Assembly: GCA_043809585.1 (NCBI GenBank)
Contig: JBDROZ010000087.1
Span: 1-64,000, forward strand
Length of the DNA stretch: 64,000 nt
Direction: 5' to 3'
From: Candidatus Eiseniibacteriota bacterium
GTDB lineage: Bacteria; Orphanbacterota; Orphanbacteria; Orphanbacterales; Orphanbacteraceae
The notes under the pieces were generated by a model. It saw only the letters and a list, made by a program, of their open reading frames with translations. It was not told the DNA's origin and did not search any database. This document shows positions 11,931 to 21,796 of the stretch, in pieces. The number at the start of each line of letters is the position of its first letter. Within the stretch, counting starts at the first letter, position 1. The position numbers and the translations under genes are program-made.

Positions 11931-13427
11931 ATGACGGACCCGCGAAACATGGAACCCGGGGAGAGGGGGAGGGACGCCGCGCTGCTCCTCTCGCTGACGG
12001 CGGCCGCCCTCCTCCTCCGCTTCTTCCGGATCGGCGCCGAGTCGCTTTGGCTCGACGAGGCGTACTCGTGGCACCTCTCGTCGGCCGACGCCCTCTCGAC
12101 CCTGACCGGAAGCGTCGGCAACCGGCACACGCCCCCCCTCTATTATTTTCTCCTCCACTTCTGGATGTACTTCGGATCGTCCGAGACGGTCCTCCGTTCC
12201 CTCTCCGCGCTCTTCGGCGCCCTTTCGGTTCCCCTCGCGTACGGGCTCGGGAGGGATCTCCTCGGGCGGGCCCCGGCCCGGATCGGGGCCGCCCTCTTCG
12301 CCTTCGCCCCCTTCCTCGTCTACTACGGGCAGGAGGCCCGGGGGTACACCCTTCTCGTGTTCCTCGTGCTCCTCCTCCATCGCCTTCTTCTTCGGTACGT
12401 CTCGGAGGGGCGGGCCCGGGACGGCGCTCTCTTCGCTCTGGTCGCCGTGATCTCCCTCTACACCCACTACTACGCCGGTTTCGTTCTCGTCGCGGCAAAC
12501 GTCTTCGCCATCGTCGAGCTCCGCCGCCGCCGGGGTCTACTCGCCCGGTGGCTCGCGGTGCAGGCGCTGATCGCCGGCGCCTACGCCCCCTGGATCGTCA
12601 ATCTGCTCACCGCCGGCTTCGGAGGAGGCCAGATCTTCCGCCGGTTTCTCTTCAGCCAGGTCCCGTACTCTTTCCTTCGCTTCACTCTGGGCTACGGGCT
12701 GCTCCCCCTTTCGCCGGAGGCGAAGGCGGACATGACCGGCTTCGTGGCGCGGAATCTCCCCTTGCTCGCCGCGGCCGCTCTCTCTTTCGGGGCCCTCCTC
12801 GCCGCCGGGGTGCGGAGCGTGTCGGGGCGGCCGGGACGGTTCCTCCTCGTCCATCTGCTCGTCCCCGTCGTCCTCGCCCTGGCCGTCTCGCTCCGGTCGA
12901 ACCTGATCAGCGAGCGCTACCTGATCGTCACCTATCCCTGCTTCGCGCTCTTTCTCGCCGCCGGCTTCGGCGCCGCCCGGAGCGCGGCCACGCGAACCGC
13001 CGCGGCGGCGGCGATCGCGCTCACTCTTTTCGGGCTCGGCGCCCACTACTTCAATCCCCGGGCGGGCAAGGCGGACTGGCGGGAGGCGGCGGCCCTCGTC
13101 GGCCGCGAGGGGGAAGCGGGAGACGTGGTCCTTCTCGCCCCCTCGTTTATCGACCTCCCTTTTTGCTATTATTTCGACCGGAGGGAAGGCCCGCCGATGG
13201 AGGTGCGCGGCCTCCAGTCGGCGGAGGGATTCGACGAGAATCGCTTCGAGAGAGAGTGGGAGACGATCGGCCGGGCGAATCGCTGGTGGCTCGTCGCCTC
13301 CCACACGGAGCGCACTGATTTCTATCGCCGCTTGATGGGCGCGCGGGGGCGCGAAATCGATTGCGTCTTCCTGCCCGAGGAGAACGGGATTACCATCTCC
13401 CTTTTCGAGAGAGGGAACGGACGATGA
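11931..13427 (+). CDS. GT-C fold (GT39/PMT-like) membrane glycosyltransferase
   Basis: SLWLDEAYS, HTPPLYY, YGQEARGY, ERYL, DWREAA motifs; many TM helices. Confidence 0.85.
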   Translation: MTDPRNMEPGERGRDAALLLSLTAAALLLRFFRIGAESLWLDEAYSWHLSSADALSTLTGSVGNRHTPPLYYFLLHFWMYFGSSETVLRSLSALFGALSVPLAYGLGRDLLGRAPARIGAALFAFAPFLVYYGQEARGYTLLVFLVLLLHRLLLRYVSEGRARDGALFALVAVISLYTHYYAGFVLVAANVFAIVELRRRRGLLARWLAVQALIAGAYAPWIVNLLTAGFGGGQIFRRFLFSQVPYSFLRFTLGYGLLPLSPEAKADMTGFVARNLPLLAAAALSFGALLAAGVRSVSGRPGRFLLVHLLVPVVLALAVSLRSNLISERYLIVTYPCFALFLAAGFGAARSAATRTAAAAAIALTLFGLGAHYFNPRAGKADWREAAALVGREGEAGDVVLLAPSFIDLPFCYYFDRREGPPMEVRGLQSAEGFDENRFEREWETIGRANRWWLVASHTERTDFYRRLMGARGREIDCVFLPEENGITISLFERGNGR

Positions 13428-13464
13428 ATGGCGCGGCCATCCGGACCGGGCCGGAGAGAGGAAC

Positions 13465-14280
13465 ATGACGGACGAGGAATCGATCATCGAACAGTGGATG
13501 GACTCGGTGGAGGAACGCCTCCAGGCGGACGACCCGGAGGAGGCCCTTCGCCTGGCGGCGGAGGCGCTCGGCGAGTTCCCCGACGTGCCCGACCTCCTGG
13601 CCCTCCGGGGGGACGCTCTCTGGGCGCTCGGCGACGTCCGGGGGGCGTGCGCGGATTACGAGAAGGCGGTGGAGATCCTCCCGGACGCGGCGGATCTTCT
13701 CGCCGGGCTCTCCCGGATCCGGTTCTCCCTCTCCGACTTCTTCGGCGCCCACCGTTTCGCGAAAGAGGCGCTGAAGTTCGAGGAGCGGGTGGAGGCGATC
13801 GACGTCCTTTCGCGACTTGCCGAGCGGAGCGGGCGGATGGACGAAGCGGACAGGCTCGCGGCGCGGGCGGCGGCGATCGACGAGGAGGCGTATCCGATGC
13901 CCTTCCGCTTCCCCGAGGAGGAGTTCCGTGGGGTCGTGGAGGAAGCGGTGGACAAGTTGCCGGAGAAATTCGCCGCCGCGGTGCGGTCGAAGAATGTGGC
14001 GATCCTGGTGGAGGATGTGCCGTCGGAGGAGATCCTGCTGGAGGATGAACCCCCCTTCGACCCGTCGATTCTCGGGCTCTACCGGGGGATCCCGCTGCCG
14101 GAGCGGACCACCGACTCCCAGCGGATGCCGGACACGATCCATCTCTTTCAGCACAATCTGGAGCGGGTGGCCGAGGACCGGGAAACGCTGATCAAGGAGA
14201 TCGCGATCACCGTCTACCACGAGCTCGGCCACTTCTTCGGCTTCGACGAGGACGAGCTGGAGGAGCTCGACCTCGCATAG
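13465..14280 (+). CDS. TPR-containing minimal zincin (Zincin_1) metallopeptidase
   Basis: N-terminal TPR-like helices; LGLYRG, PDTIHLFQ, TVYHELGHFFG (HExxH). Confidence 0.85.
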   Translation: MTDEESIIEQWMDSVEERLQADDPEEALRLAAEALGEFPDVPDLLALRGDALWALGDVRGACADYEKAVEILPDAADLLAGLSRIRFSLSDFFGAHRFAKEALKFEERVEAIDVLSRLAERSGRMDEADRLAARAAAIDEEAYPMPFRFPEEEFRGVVEEAVDKLPEKFAAAVRSKNVAILVEDVPSEEILLEDEPPFDPSILGLYRGIPLPERTTDSQRMPDTIHLFQHNLERVAEDRETLIKEIAITVYHELGHFFGFDEDELEELDLA

Positions 14281-14384
14281 GCCGGGATCCTCACCCGATT
14301 CTGCTGCGGACTCCGATCGCGGGCCGCGAGCCCGTTATTCCTTCGCCCGCTTCGAATTTCCCTAACCAGATACCATACTGCGGC

Positions 14385-14834
14385 TCATCGGCTGGGGGCG
14401 TAGAACCCGGCGAGGGTCCAGACCGACCCCTCCCTCCGGAGACGGGCGGCGTTCCCCGTGCCGAAAGTCTGGACGGGGCGCCGACGGAGGAGCCGGGCGA
14501 GGAGGTACTCGAGATGGGGGATGTGGCCGACCACGGCGGTGTCCACATCGGTGGAGGCGAGGTCGCCGGCGATGTCCGACACGTCGTCGTGGGGCTCGAG
14601 GCCGGTCCGCCGGAGGGGAGGGACACCGCTGGCGATCGTGCGGCTCAAGACGCCGGCCGTCTCGAAGGCGCGCTTCTTTCCACTGTGGAAGACCAGCTCC
14701 ACGCGCACGCCGTCCGCCGCCAGGCGATCCGCCACGGCGCCCGCCTCTCTTCGTCCCCGCTCCGAGAGGCCCCGCTCGGGGTCCGCTTCGGAGGGGAGGG
14801 CGTGGCCGTGACGCATGAGTACGACGGTTGTCAT
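14385..14834 (-). CDS. sixA: Phosphohistidine phosphatase SixA
   Basis: LMRHG, R.LS..G, HSGKKRA.ETA, VVGHIPHL. Confidence 0.88.
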   Translation of the reverse strand: MTTVVLMRHGHALPSEADPERGLSERGRREAGAVADRLAADGVRVELVFHSGKKRAFETAGVLSRTIASGVPPLRRTGLEPHDDVSDIAGDLASTDVDTAVVGHIPHLEYLLARLLRRRPVQTFGTGNAARLRREGSVWTLAGFYAPSR

Positions 14835-14949
14835 GGGAGCTTCCTTTCCCGAACGAGGTCGCGCCATTGTACCGCCCCCGGGGGCACAGCGCAACGACGC
14901 GGGGGCCCCCGTTGTGCGTAAGGGTCCGCTCCGCTACACTGGCGGCGTG

Positions 14950-15231
14950 ATGGGACGGGTCTTTCGCGCACTCCTCTTGGTCGGGCCGGGCCTCGCGGCG
15001 GCGTACTACTTCTTCGTCTATCTCGTCGTCTGGTCCTTCGTCGTCGTGTACGCCGCCCTCGGCTCTCTCTTCATGCCCTTCCTCGCAGGCACCCTCTTCT
15101 TCCTGATGAACCGGAGGGAGTGGATGGGCGGCCTCCGCAACGGCCGGCTCGCGAACGCGGGGCTCGCGGTCTCCCTCCTTCTCTTCCTCTGTCTGGCGGT
15201 GGCCGGCCTCCTGGAGAGGTTCGGATCGTGA
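14950..15231 (+). pseudogene. Short membrane ORF, probable internally deleted Nramp-like transporter remnant
   Basis: Segments GPGL, F.YL..WSF and YA..G..FMPFLA.TL...MN.R.W.G..RNG...N recall the start, TM3 and C-terminus of Nramp-like transporters, compressed into 93 aa. Confidence 0.5.
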
Positions 15232-16520
15232 CGCCGCCCCGTCTCCTGGCGGACGACATGCTCGGCCGCCTCGCCCGTTGGCTCCGGGGGGCGGGCCTCG
15301 ACACGGCCTACGCCGGCGACGGCGCCGCCACAGACGATGACGACATTCTCCGGCGGGCGAGACGGGAGAAGCGGATCGTCGTCACCCGGGACCAACGCTT
15401 TCCCGGCGGCCCGGAGGAGGTGATCGTCGTCGAGTCTCGGGGCTTGGGTGATCAGCTCGTGGAGGTGCTCCGCCGGTTCCCCGAGTTCGACCCCCTCGCC
15501 CGTCCCTTCAGCCGGTGCATGGAGTGCAACGGAGAGGTCCGGCCGGAAGATGATCCGCCCGGCCGGCCGGCGGGGACAAAGGGGCCCTTCACGCGCTGCG
15601 ACGACTGCGGGCGGCTCTTCTGGGAGGGGAGCCACGCCCCGCGGATCCGGGAGAAGCTCGGCCGCGCGAAGCAGGGGGTGGAGCGGGTGGTCGCCGACGA
15701 AAGGGCGGGCGTTCCCCGGCCCATCGAGCGGGCGGAGTTCGACCGCTTCCTGGAGGACGCCCTTCCCCTCCTCGGCTTCTCGTGGCGGGGCTACCGGCGG
15801 GTCCGGTTCGGCCTCCGCACGCGGATCCGGCGGCGCATGGCGGATCTCGGAATCCGGACCTTGGACGTCTACGGGGACCGAGTCCGCCGGGACCGGGAGG
15901 AACGCCGCGCCCTCCGCCGCCTGCTCCGGGTCACCATCTCGCGGTTCTTCCGGGACCGGGCGCTCTGGCTTCGCTTCCCCGCGGTCCTCTTCCCCGATCT
16001 CGTCCTCCTCGCGGGGGACGGCCCCGCGCGGATCTGGTCCCTCGGATGCGCCTCGGGGGAGGAGCCCTTCACGCTCCGCATGGTGTGGGACCGGGAGGGC
16101 CCGGCCGGCGGAGCCCTCGAGATCATGGGGGGCGACATCTCCGAGGATTGCCTCGCCCGGGCGAGGGAAGGGCTCTACCCCGAGAGCGCCCTCCACAACA
16201 CGCCCCCCGATTACCGGGAGCGCTATTTCCGGCCCGAAGGGGGGCTCTTCCGCCTCGACCGGCATGTGACCGGGTCGGTCCGGTTCGAGCGGTTCGACTG
16301 GGCGGATGATGATTGGCCCGGTCCCTTTCACGGCATCTTCGCGAGAAATGGTATGTTCACTTATCTCGACGGGCCGGGCCGGCGGCGGGCGTCGGGGAAG
16401 ATCGCGGCCTCTCTCCTCCCGGGCGGCTTTCTCTGGATCGGGGGGAACGAACGCCTCCCGGAAGAGACGGGATGGGAGAGGACGGGCGCGGGACTCTTTC
16501 GGAAAAATGTTGACGGTTAA
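15228..16520 (+). CDS. Mut7-C (PIN-fold RNase/Zn-ribbon) domain fused to a CheR-type SAM methyltransferase
   Basis: LLADDMLGRLARWLR..G.D, VTRD, RCMECNG, RCDDCGRLFWEGSH; then VTISRFFRD, IWSLGCASGEEPFT, GDIS, ARN.F.Y, L.PGGFL.IG..E; GTG start overlaps the upstream TGA. Confidence 0.85.
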   Translation: MTPPRLLADDMLGRLARWLRGAGLDTAYAGDGAATDDDDILRRARREKRIVVTRDQRFPGGPEEVIVVESRGLGDQLVEVLRRFPEFDPLARPFSRCMECNGEVRPEDDPPGRPAGTKGPFTRCDDCGRLFWEGSHAPRIREKLGRAKQGVERVVADERAGVPRPIERAEFDRFLEDALPLLGFSWRGYRRVRFGLRTRIRRRMADLGIRTLDVYGDRVRRDREERRALRRLLRVTISRFFRDRALWLRFPAVLFPDLVLLAGDGPARIWSLGCASGEEPFTLRMVWDREGPAGGALEIMGGDISEDCLARAREGLYPESALHNTPPDYRERYFRPEGGLFRLDRHVTGSVRFERFDWADDDWPGPFHGIFARNGMFTYLDGPGRRRASGKIAASLLPGGFLWIGGNERLPEETGWERTGAGLFRKNVDG

Positions 16521-16574
16521 TGAATCTGCGGAACATGGATTGTCTATGAGAACGACAAAGAGAGTGGGTGCCCG

Positions 16575-16973
16575 GTGATCGTCGGCCTCGGGATGGATCT
16601 CGCCCGGATCGACCGGGTGGGGCGGGTATACGAGAGGTTCGGCGGGCGCTTCCTCGGCCGGATTTTCACCCCGGGCGAAGCGGCGTACTGCATGGGCAAG
16701 GGCGATCCGGTCCCTCACCTCGCCGCTCGGTTCGCCGCCAAGGAGGCGGCCATGAAGGCCCTCGGCACGGGGGCGGCCCGGGGGGTCCGGTTTCGCGACA
16801 TCGAGGTGGAGCGCCGAAGAGGAGAGGCGCCGCGCGTGCTGTTTCACGGCGGGGCGAGACGCCGGGCCGAGTCTCTCGGCGTGATCGCCTCGTCCCTCAC
16901 CCTCACCCACGACGCCGGCATTGCCGCGGCGATCGTCATTCTCGAAAGCGAGGCCGCGCCTACTCGAACCTGA
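16575..16973 (+). CDS. acpS: Holo-[acyl-carrier-protein] synthase
   Basis: IVGLGMD, RIFTPGE, LAARFAAKEAAMKALGTG, LTHD. Confidence 0.95.
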   Translation: MIVGLGMDLARIDRVGRVYERFGGRFLGRIFTPGEAAYCMGKGDPVPHLAARFAAKEAAMKALGTGAARGVRFRDIEVERRRGEAPRVLFHGGARRRAESLGVIASSLTLTHDAGIAAAIVILESEAAPTRT

Positions 16974-18228
16974 CGATCCGGTAGTTCTTCTTCCCCTGGC
17001 GGAGGACGAGGGTCGGGCCGGCGACGAGGTCCTTTCGCGTCACGATCCGGTCGCTGGAGTCGACGCGCACGTTGTTCAGGTAGATTCCCCCTTGGTCGAT
17101 GAGGCGCCGGGCGGCCCCCTTCCCCTTCGTGGCGCCGCACTCCGCGAGGAGATCCACGATGCCGAGTCCCTCGCCGAGCCGCCCGGCCGGAAGGGTGGAC
17201 GAGGGGACGTCGATGAAGATGTCGGCGAGGGTCTTCTCGTCGACCCCCGCGATCTCCCCGCCGAACATGATCTCCGACGCCCGGAGGGCGCCCTCGAACG
17301 CCTCGTCCCCGTGAACGAGTTTCGTCAGCTCCTCGCCCAGACGCTTCTGGGCGGTCCGCTTCTCCGGCGACGACTTCGTCTCCTCCTCGAGACCGGCGAT
17401 CTCGTCCAGGGGGAGGAACGTGAAGAGCTTGAGGAAGCGGATCACGTCCGGGTCCGTCGCGTTCAGCCAGTACTGGTAGAATCGGTACGGAGAGGTGAGC
17501 TCCGCGTCGAGCCAGACCCGCTCTCCTTCGCTCGTCTTGCCGAGCTTCTGCCCCGACGAGTCGAGGAGGAGGGGGAAGACCATCCCGTACGCCGGTTTCC
17601 CCCGGAGCTTCCGGATCAGATCGATTCCGGCGACGATGTTCCCCCACTGGTCGCTCCCGCCCGCCTGGAACGAGCACCCGTACTCGTCGAAGAGGTGGAG
17701 GAAGTCGTAGGCCTGCAGGAGCATGTAGGAGAACTCGGTGTACGAGATCCCGGCGTCGCTCTGAAGCCGGGACTTCACCGACTCCTTGGCGAGCATCTCG
17801 CCGAGACGGAAATGCTTGCCCACGTCCCGGAGGAACTCGATGAACCCGAACCGGGTGAGCCACTCCCCGTTGTTCACGAGCACGCCCTTGCCGTCGCCGA
17901 ACTCGATGAAACGCTCGAACTGCTTCTTCTGGGAGGCGAGGTTCTCTTCGATCTTTTCCGGGGTGAGGAGGTTCCGTTCTTTCGATTTGCCCGACGGGTC
18001 GCCGATCATGCCGGTGGCGCCTCCCATCACGGCGATGGGGCGGTGGCCGGCGCGCTGGAGCCGGGCGAGGCCGACGATCGGGATCAGGTTCCCCACGTGA
18101 AGGGAGGAGGCCGTCGGGTCGAATCCGATGTAGCAGGTCACCCGTTCCTTTTCCAGGATCCCGCCGATCTCGTCCGACGTGGCCTGCTCGATGAATCCCC
18201 GCGCTTCCATCTCTTGAAACAAGTTCAC
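16960..18228 (-). CDS. tyrS: Tyrosine--tRNA ligase
   Basis: YIGFDPTASSLHVGN (HIGH), TGMIGDPSG, EFSYMLLQAYDF, GGSDQWGNI, KLGKT (KMSKS), C-terminal S4 domain. Confidence 0.97.
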   Translation of the reverse strand: MNLFQEMEARGFIEQATSDEIGGILEKERVTCYIGFDPTASSLHVGNLIPIVGLARLQRAGHRPIAVMGGATGMIGDPSGKSKERNLLTPEKIEENLASQKKQFERFIEFGDGKGVLVNNGEWLTRFGFIEFLRDVGKHFRLGEMLAKESVKSRLQSDAGISYTEFSYMLLQAYDFLHLFDEYGCSFQAGGSDQWGNIVAGIDLIRKLRGKPAYGMVFPLLLDSSGQKLGKTSEGERVWLDAELTSPYRFYQYWLNATDPDVIRFLKLFTFLPLDEIAGLEEETKSSPEKRTAQKRLGEELTKLVHGDEAFEGALRASEIMFGGEIAGVDEKTLADIFIDVPSSTLPAGRLGEGLGIVDLLAECGATKGKGAARRLIDQGGIYLNNVRVDSSDRIVTRKDLVAGPTLVLRQGKKNYRIVRFE

Positions 18229-18341
18229 GGTCCGCCCTCCTCGTCTGGAGAGGATAAGACAGCACCGCCCCGGGGGGCAAGGCCGGGACGCCGGGAGAGC
18301 GGTGGCGGCGGGGGGGGAGGGAATAGGGATCGATCGGCGGA

Positions 18342-18881
18342 TCAGGCTCTCTCCGCTTCGATCTTCGCGAGAACCTCCCGGAAGGCGGCGAGATCGGACG
18401 GACCGAAGAGGACGAACCGGACGGTCCGCGGCGTGTCGTGGGTCTCGAGGAAGGAGGCCACCGTCCGGATCGCGATCCGGGAGGCCGCCTCGAAGGGATA
18501 TCCGAAGACTCCGGTCGAGATGGCGGGGAAGGCCACCCTCCGGCACCCGTGCTCCTCCGCGGTTTCGAGGGACCGGCGGTAACAAGAGGCGAGAAGCTCC
18601 GGCTCCCCGCTCTTCCCGCCCCGGTAGACCGGACCGGCCGTGAGGATGACGAACTCCGCCGGCAGCCCGAAGCCCGGAGCGATCTTCGCCTCCCCCGGGG
18701 GGCATCCGTCCAGGGTCAGGCAGAAGCGGGCCAGCTCGGGCCCCGCCGCCCGGTGAATGGCGCCGTCGACGCCCCCCCCGGGGACCAACCTCGAGTTGGC
18801 GGCGTTCACGATCGCGTCGACCCGGGACTTCGTGATATCCCCCTTCACGGTCTCGATCCGGTCGAAAACACTCTCGTTCAT
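18342..18881 (-). CDS. Macrodomain O-acetyl-ADP-ribose deacetylase (YmdB-like)
   Basis: GDIT, DAIVNAAN, GGGVDGAIHRAAG, AFPAISTGVFGYP. Confidence 0.93.
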   Translation of the reverse strand: MNESVFDRIETVKGDITKSRVDAIVNAANSRLVPGGGVDGAIHRAAGPELARFCLTLDGCPPGEAKIAPGFGLPAEFVILTAGPVYRGGKSGEPELLASCYRRSLETAEEHGCRRVAFPAISTGVFGYPFEAASRIAIRTVASFLETHDTPRTVRFVLFGPSDLAAFREVLAKIEAERA

Positions 18882-19020
18882 CTTGTCCTCGTTTGACCTT
18901 ATCCTCCCACCAGCATACCAAGAAACGGCCCGCGCCGCGGGGAGGGCTCGAAGAAAGGTTGGCGCCGATCCCGGTCCTTGCTTACTCTAGACCATATGAC
19001 GCCCACCGGAGATATGGATC

Positions 19021-19539
19021 ATGGAAATCAAAGACCGTGGAATCCTCCTCGACCACGCCCGCAGCATCCGTGATCTGACGTTGACCGTCGCCTCCCGGTT
19101 CACCGCCGACGAGGCGTTCCGCGTTCCCCCCTTCTGCAAGAACTGCCCGATCTGGAACATCGGCCACGTCATGGTGGTCCAGGAGCAACTGATACTCCGT
19201 CCCTTCGGAGAGGAGGGCGTCCTTCCCGCCCCTTTCAGCGAACTTTTCGGCGAAGGCTGGTGCTCCTGCGATTGGAACGGGAACCGCCCCGACTGGACCG
19301 AAGTGGTCGGCCTCCTCGCCCCGACCCGGGACCGGGTGGAGCAGTTCATCCAGACCGGTCCCCCCCTGAAGACCGCCCTGCCCGAACCCTATCTGACCGC
19401 CACGGGAATCGCCCTCGAGACCCTCGCCGATTCCCTCTCCTTCTGTACCCTCCACGAGGCGATCCATCTCGGCATCCTCAGCACATACTCCCGGCTCCTG
19501 GTAAGGAAGCCCAAAGACCCGTCCGACACCCCCCAATAA
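19021..19539 (+). CDS. DinB-family protein
   Basis: N.PIWNIGH...HEAIHLG triad pattern of DinB_2 proteins. Confidence 0.8.
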   Translation: MEIKDRGILLDHARSIRDLTLTVASRFTADEAFRVPPFCKNCPIWNIGHVMVVQEQLILRPFGEEGVLPAPFSELFGEGWCSCDWNGNRPDWTEVVGLLAPTRDRVEQFIQTGPPLKTALPEPYLTATGIALETLADSLSFCTLHEAIHLGILSTYSRLLVRKPKDPSDTPQ

Positions 19540-19675
19540 GTAGCTCGCACAAAACCATTGACTTCCATTCCCGGCAGGGCCACATTCGTCCTCGGATCCC
19601 GTCGGTGCGGATTATGCCAAGTTACTCAAGAAGTCGTTTGGGAAACTCACGAACCCATTCGCGGAGGTGGAGAGA

Positions 19676-20752
19676 ATGCGTCGGATTCTGTTCTTGATCT
19701 CGGCATTGGTCTTCTCGTTCGCCCTGATTCTGTCCCCCGGATGCGGGGGGGACGACGACGACAACCCGGGCGGTCCCGGCGATGGGGACACCCTGTCCAC
19801 GGAGCAGGTGTTGACGGCCCTCGAGGACCTCAGCGGAGCCTTCGACGCCGTCTACGACGAGTGCGAAGCCAGCTACATCATCAACGGCCTCCTCGACGAG
19901 GATGCCCAGGGAGAGTTCCTGCTCCTCACTCAGGTGCTCTTCGGCGTTCTCGAAGGTGATGCGGAACTCGCCGATTTCTACGGGACCTGGGGCCCCGACA
20001 CGAGCACCGTGAATCCTCTCGACATGGTGATCGTCGACTCCGAGCCGGACGATGCCGTAGTCATCCCCGTGACCGGGATCGACACGCTCGGAGGCGCGAA
20101 CTATCCCGGCGACATCACGATCTACGACCTCGTTCTCGGCACGGACTTGGACACGGTGTTCGTCCATGTGGCGCTCCACGTGGACGGGTCCGGGGACAGC
20201 GTGGCGGTGCTCTTGAACGGGAGCCTGAACCAGGGAGAGCTCAGCCTCTCGGGCAACGCCTGTGATCTCGAGTTCGAGGTGAACTTCACGTTGGACGAGG
20301 CGGATTCGTCGGCCGCGGTTTCCGGTTGGTACGATTCCCCGGGGGATCCGAAGGTCTATTTCGAGATCGCCGGCAGCCTCTCGGGCGACACTACCTCGAG
20401 CGGCGCCGAAGGGTCGATCCACATCTGGACGACCGAAGCCCCCACGGTCGACGTCACTCTGACCATCACCGACGATCCGACCGACTGCCTGACCGGTACG
20501 ATCAAGATCAACGGCACGACGGAAGCCACGATGTACGCCGACGACTGCAGCGCCGACACGGTCAACATCTACGTCGTGATCGACGGTCAGACCTATAGTC
20601 TGGAAGATCTGCTCGGAGAGTTCTACTCGGACCTTCTGGGGCTCAATCTCGACGATCTGGGGAGCGGCGGTCTCATCAAGCAGGCCTTCCTCTTAACGCC
20701 CCGGCCGCTCGGAAAGAGCGCGGTCGAGGCGTTCGAGCGCCTCGTGCAGTAG
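19676..20752 (+). CDS. Acidic hypothetical lipoprotein
   Basis: Signal peptide with lipobox (LSPG-C) followed by GGDDDDNP; D/E/T-rich, beta-strand-like sequence. Confidence 0.7.
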   Translation: MRRILFLISALVFSFALILSPGCGGDDDDNPGGPGDGDTLSTEQVLTALEDLSGAFDAVYDECEASYIINGLLDEDAQGEFLLLTQVLFGVLEGDAELADFYGTWGPDTSTVNPLDMVIVDSEPDDAVVIPVTGIDTLGGANYPGDITIYDLVLGTDLDTVFVHVALHVDGSGDSVAVLLNGSLNQGELSLSGNACDLEFEVNFTLDEADSSAAVSGWYDSPGDPKVYFEIAGSLSGDTTSSGAEGSIHIWTTEAPTVDVTLTITDDPTDCLTGTIKINGTTEATMYADDCSADTVNIYVVIDGQTYSLEDLLGEFYSDLLGLNLDDLGSGGLIKQAFLLTPRPLGKSAVEAFERLVQ

Positions 20753-21796
20753 GTTCGGGTCGATCCCGTAACCGAGTCGGAATCCACGGGGGTCCTCGAA
20801 GTGCCCGCCGGGCACGACGAGGACCCCGTGCCGTTTTCGGGCGAAATCCACGAAGGGAGCGGACTCTTCCCCGCCCCGGAAGCGGGGGAACGCGGTGATG
20901 CCCGCCTCCGGCCGGACCCATTCGAGGTCCGGCCTTCTCTTCATCCACGCCGCGACGATCTCCCCGTTCACGGAGGAGCGGATGGCGCCCTTCTCTCGAA
21001 TGGCCTCTCTCTTCGACAGGGCCGCGACGCCGAGCGCCACCGAGGGCCCCGAGAGGTCGCCCACCGTGTAGTCGTAAAGGGGGGCGGCCCGGCGGATGGT
21101 CTCCTCCCGGGCGAGGATCCAGCCGACCCGGAGGCGGCCGAGACCGTACACCTTGGTGAGGCTGCCGATGGAGATCATGCGCCGGCCATGCCGGAGGGCG
21201 CACTCGTACCGCGGCCCGTCGCCCGCTTCTTTCCTCCGATCGAAGTCGATGTACACCTCGTCCAGGAGGACGTCCACGTCATGCTCTTCGGCGATGGAGG
21301 CGAGCCACTCCCGGTCTCCGGCGGTGAGCCGGACCCCCGTCGGGTTGTGGGGGTCCGTGAGCACCACGAGGCGGGTTTCTTCCGTGAGCGAATCGACGAG
21401 GCGGTCCCGGTCGAGGCGGTAGCCCGATTCGAAGGGGCGGGGGAGCCGATCGACCCGGGCTCCGAAGAGGAGGGGGATGCTCCGGAGCGGTTCATAGGCC
21501 GGCTCCTCGACGAGCACCCGGTTCCCGGGTTCGAGGAGGGCGGCGTAGACGAGAAAGAGGGCGAAGGTGGTGCCGTTGGAAGGCAACACGTTCCTTTCAG
21601 GAATCGAGTACGAGCGGGCGATCGCGGCGCGAAGGGAGGGGCTCCCCCAATCCGAGCCCTCCGGCAGGAGGAGACCGCCGGCGCTCACACCGAGCCCCTC
21701 GAGCGCGAAGTCTTCCATGCCGCTCCGGGAGAGGTCGAATTCCCCCTCCTTCGGGAGCCGGGCCCAACGGAGGTACTCGATCACGGGTAGCCGCAT
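20693..21796 (-). CDS. PLP-dependent aminotransferase class I/II
   Basis: PHNPTG, LLDEVY, GSLTKVYGLGRLRVGW, VVPG.HF, FRLGY. Confidence 0.9.
   Translation of the reverse strand: MRLPVIEYLRWARLPKEGEFDLSRSGMEDFALEGLGVSAGGLLLPEGSDWGSPSLRAAIARSYSIPERNVLPSNGTTFALFLVYAALLEPGNRVLVEEPAYEPLRSIPLLFGARVDRLPRPFESGYRLDRDRLVDSLTEETRLVVLTDPHNPTGVRLTAGDREWLASIAEEHDVDVLLDEVYIDFDRRKEAGDGPRYECALRHGRRMISIGSLTKVYGLGRLRVGWILAREETIRRAAPLYDYTVGDLSGPSVALGVAALSKREAIREKGAIRSSVNGEIVAAWMKRRPDLEWVRPEAGITAFPRFRGGEESAPFVDFARKRHGVLVVPGGHFEDPRGFRLGYGIDPNLLHEALERLDRALSERPGR

Noticed and set aside
16960-18881. Macrodomain next to tyrS as a defence or toxin-antitoxin module
   Set aside because: No ADP-ribosyltransferase or sirtuin partner nearby; it looks like a standard YmdB-type housekeeping gene.
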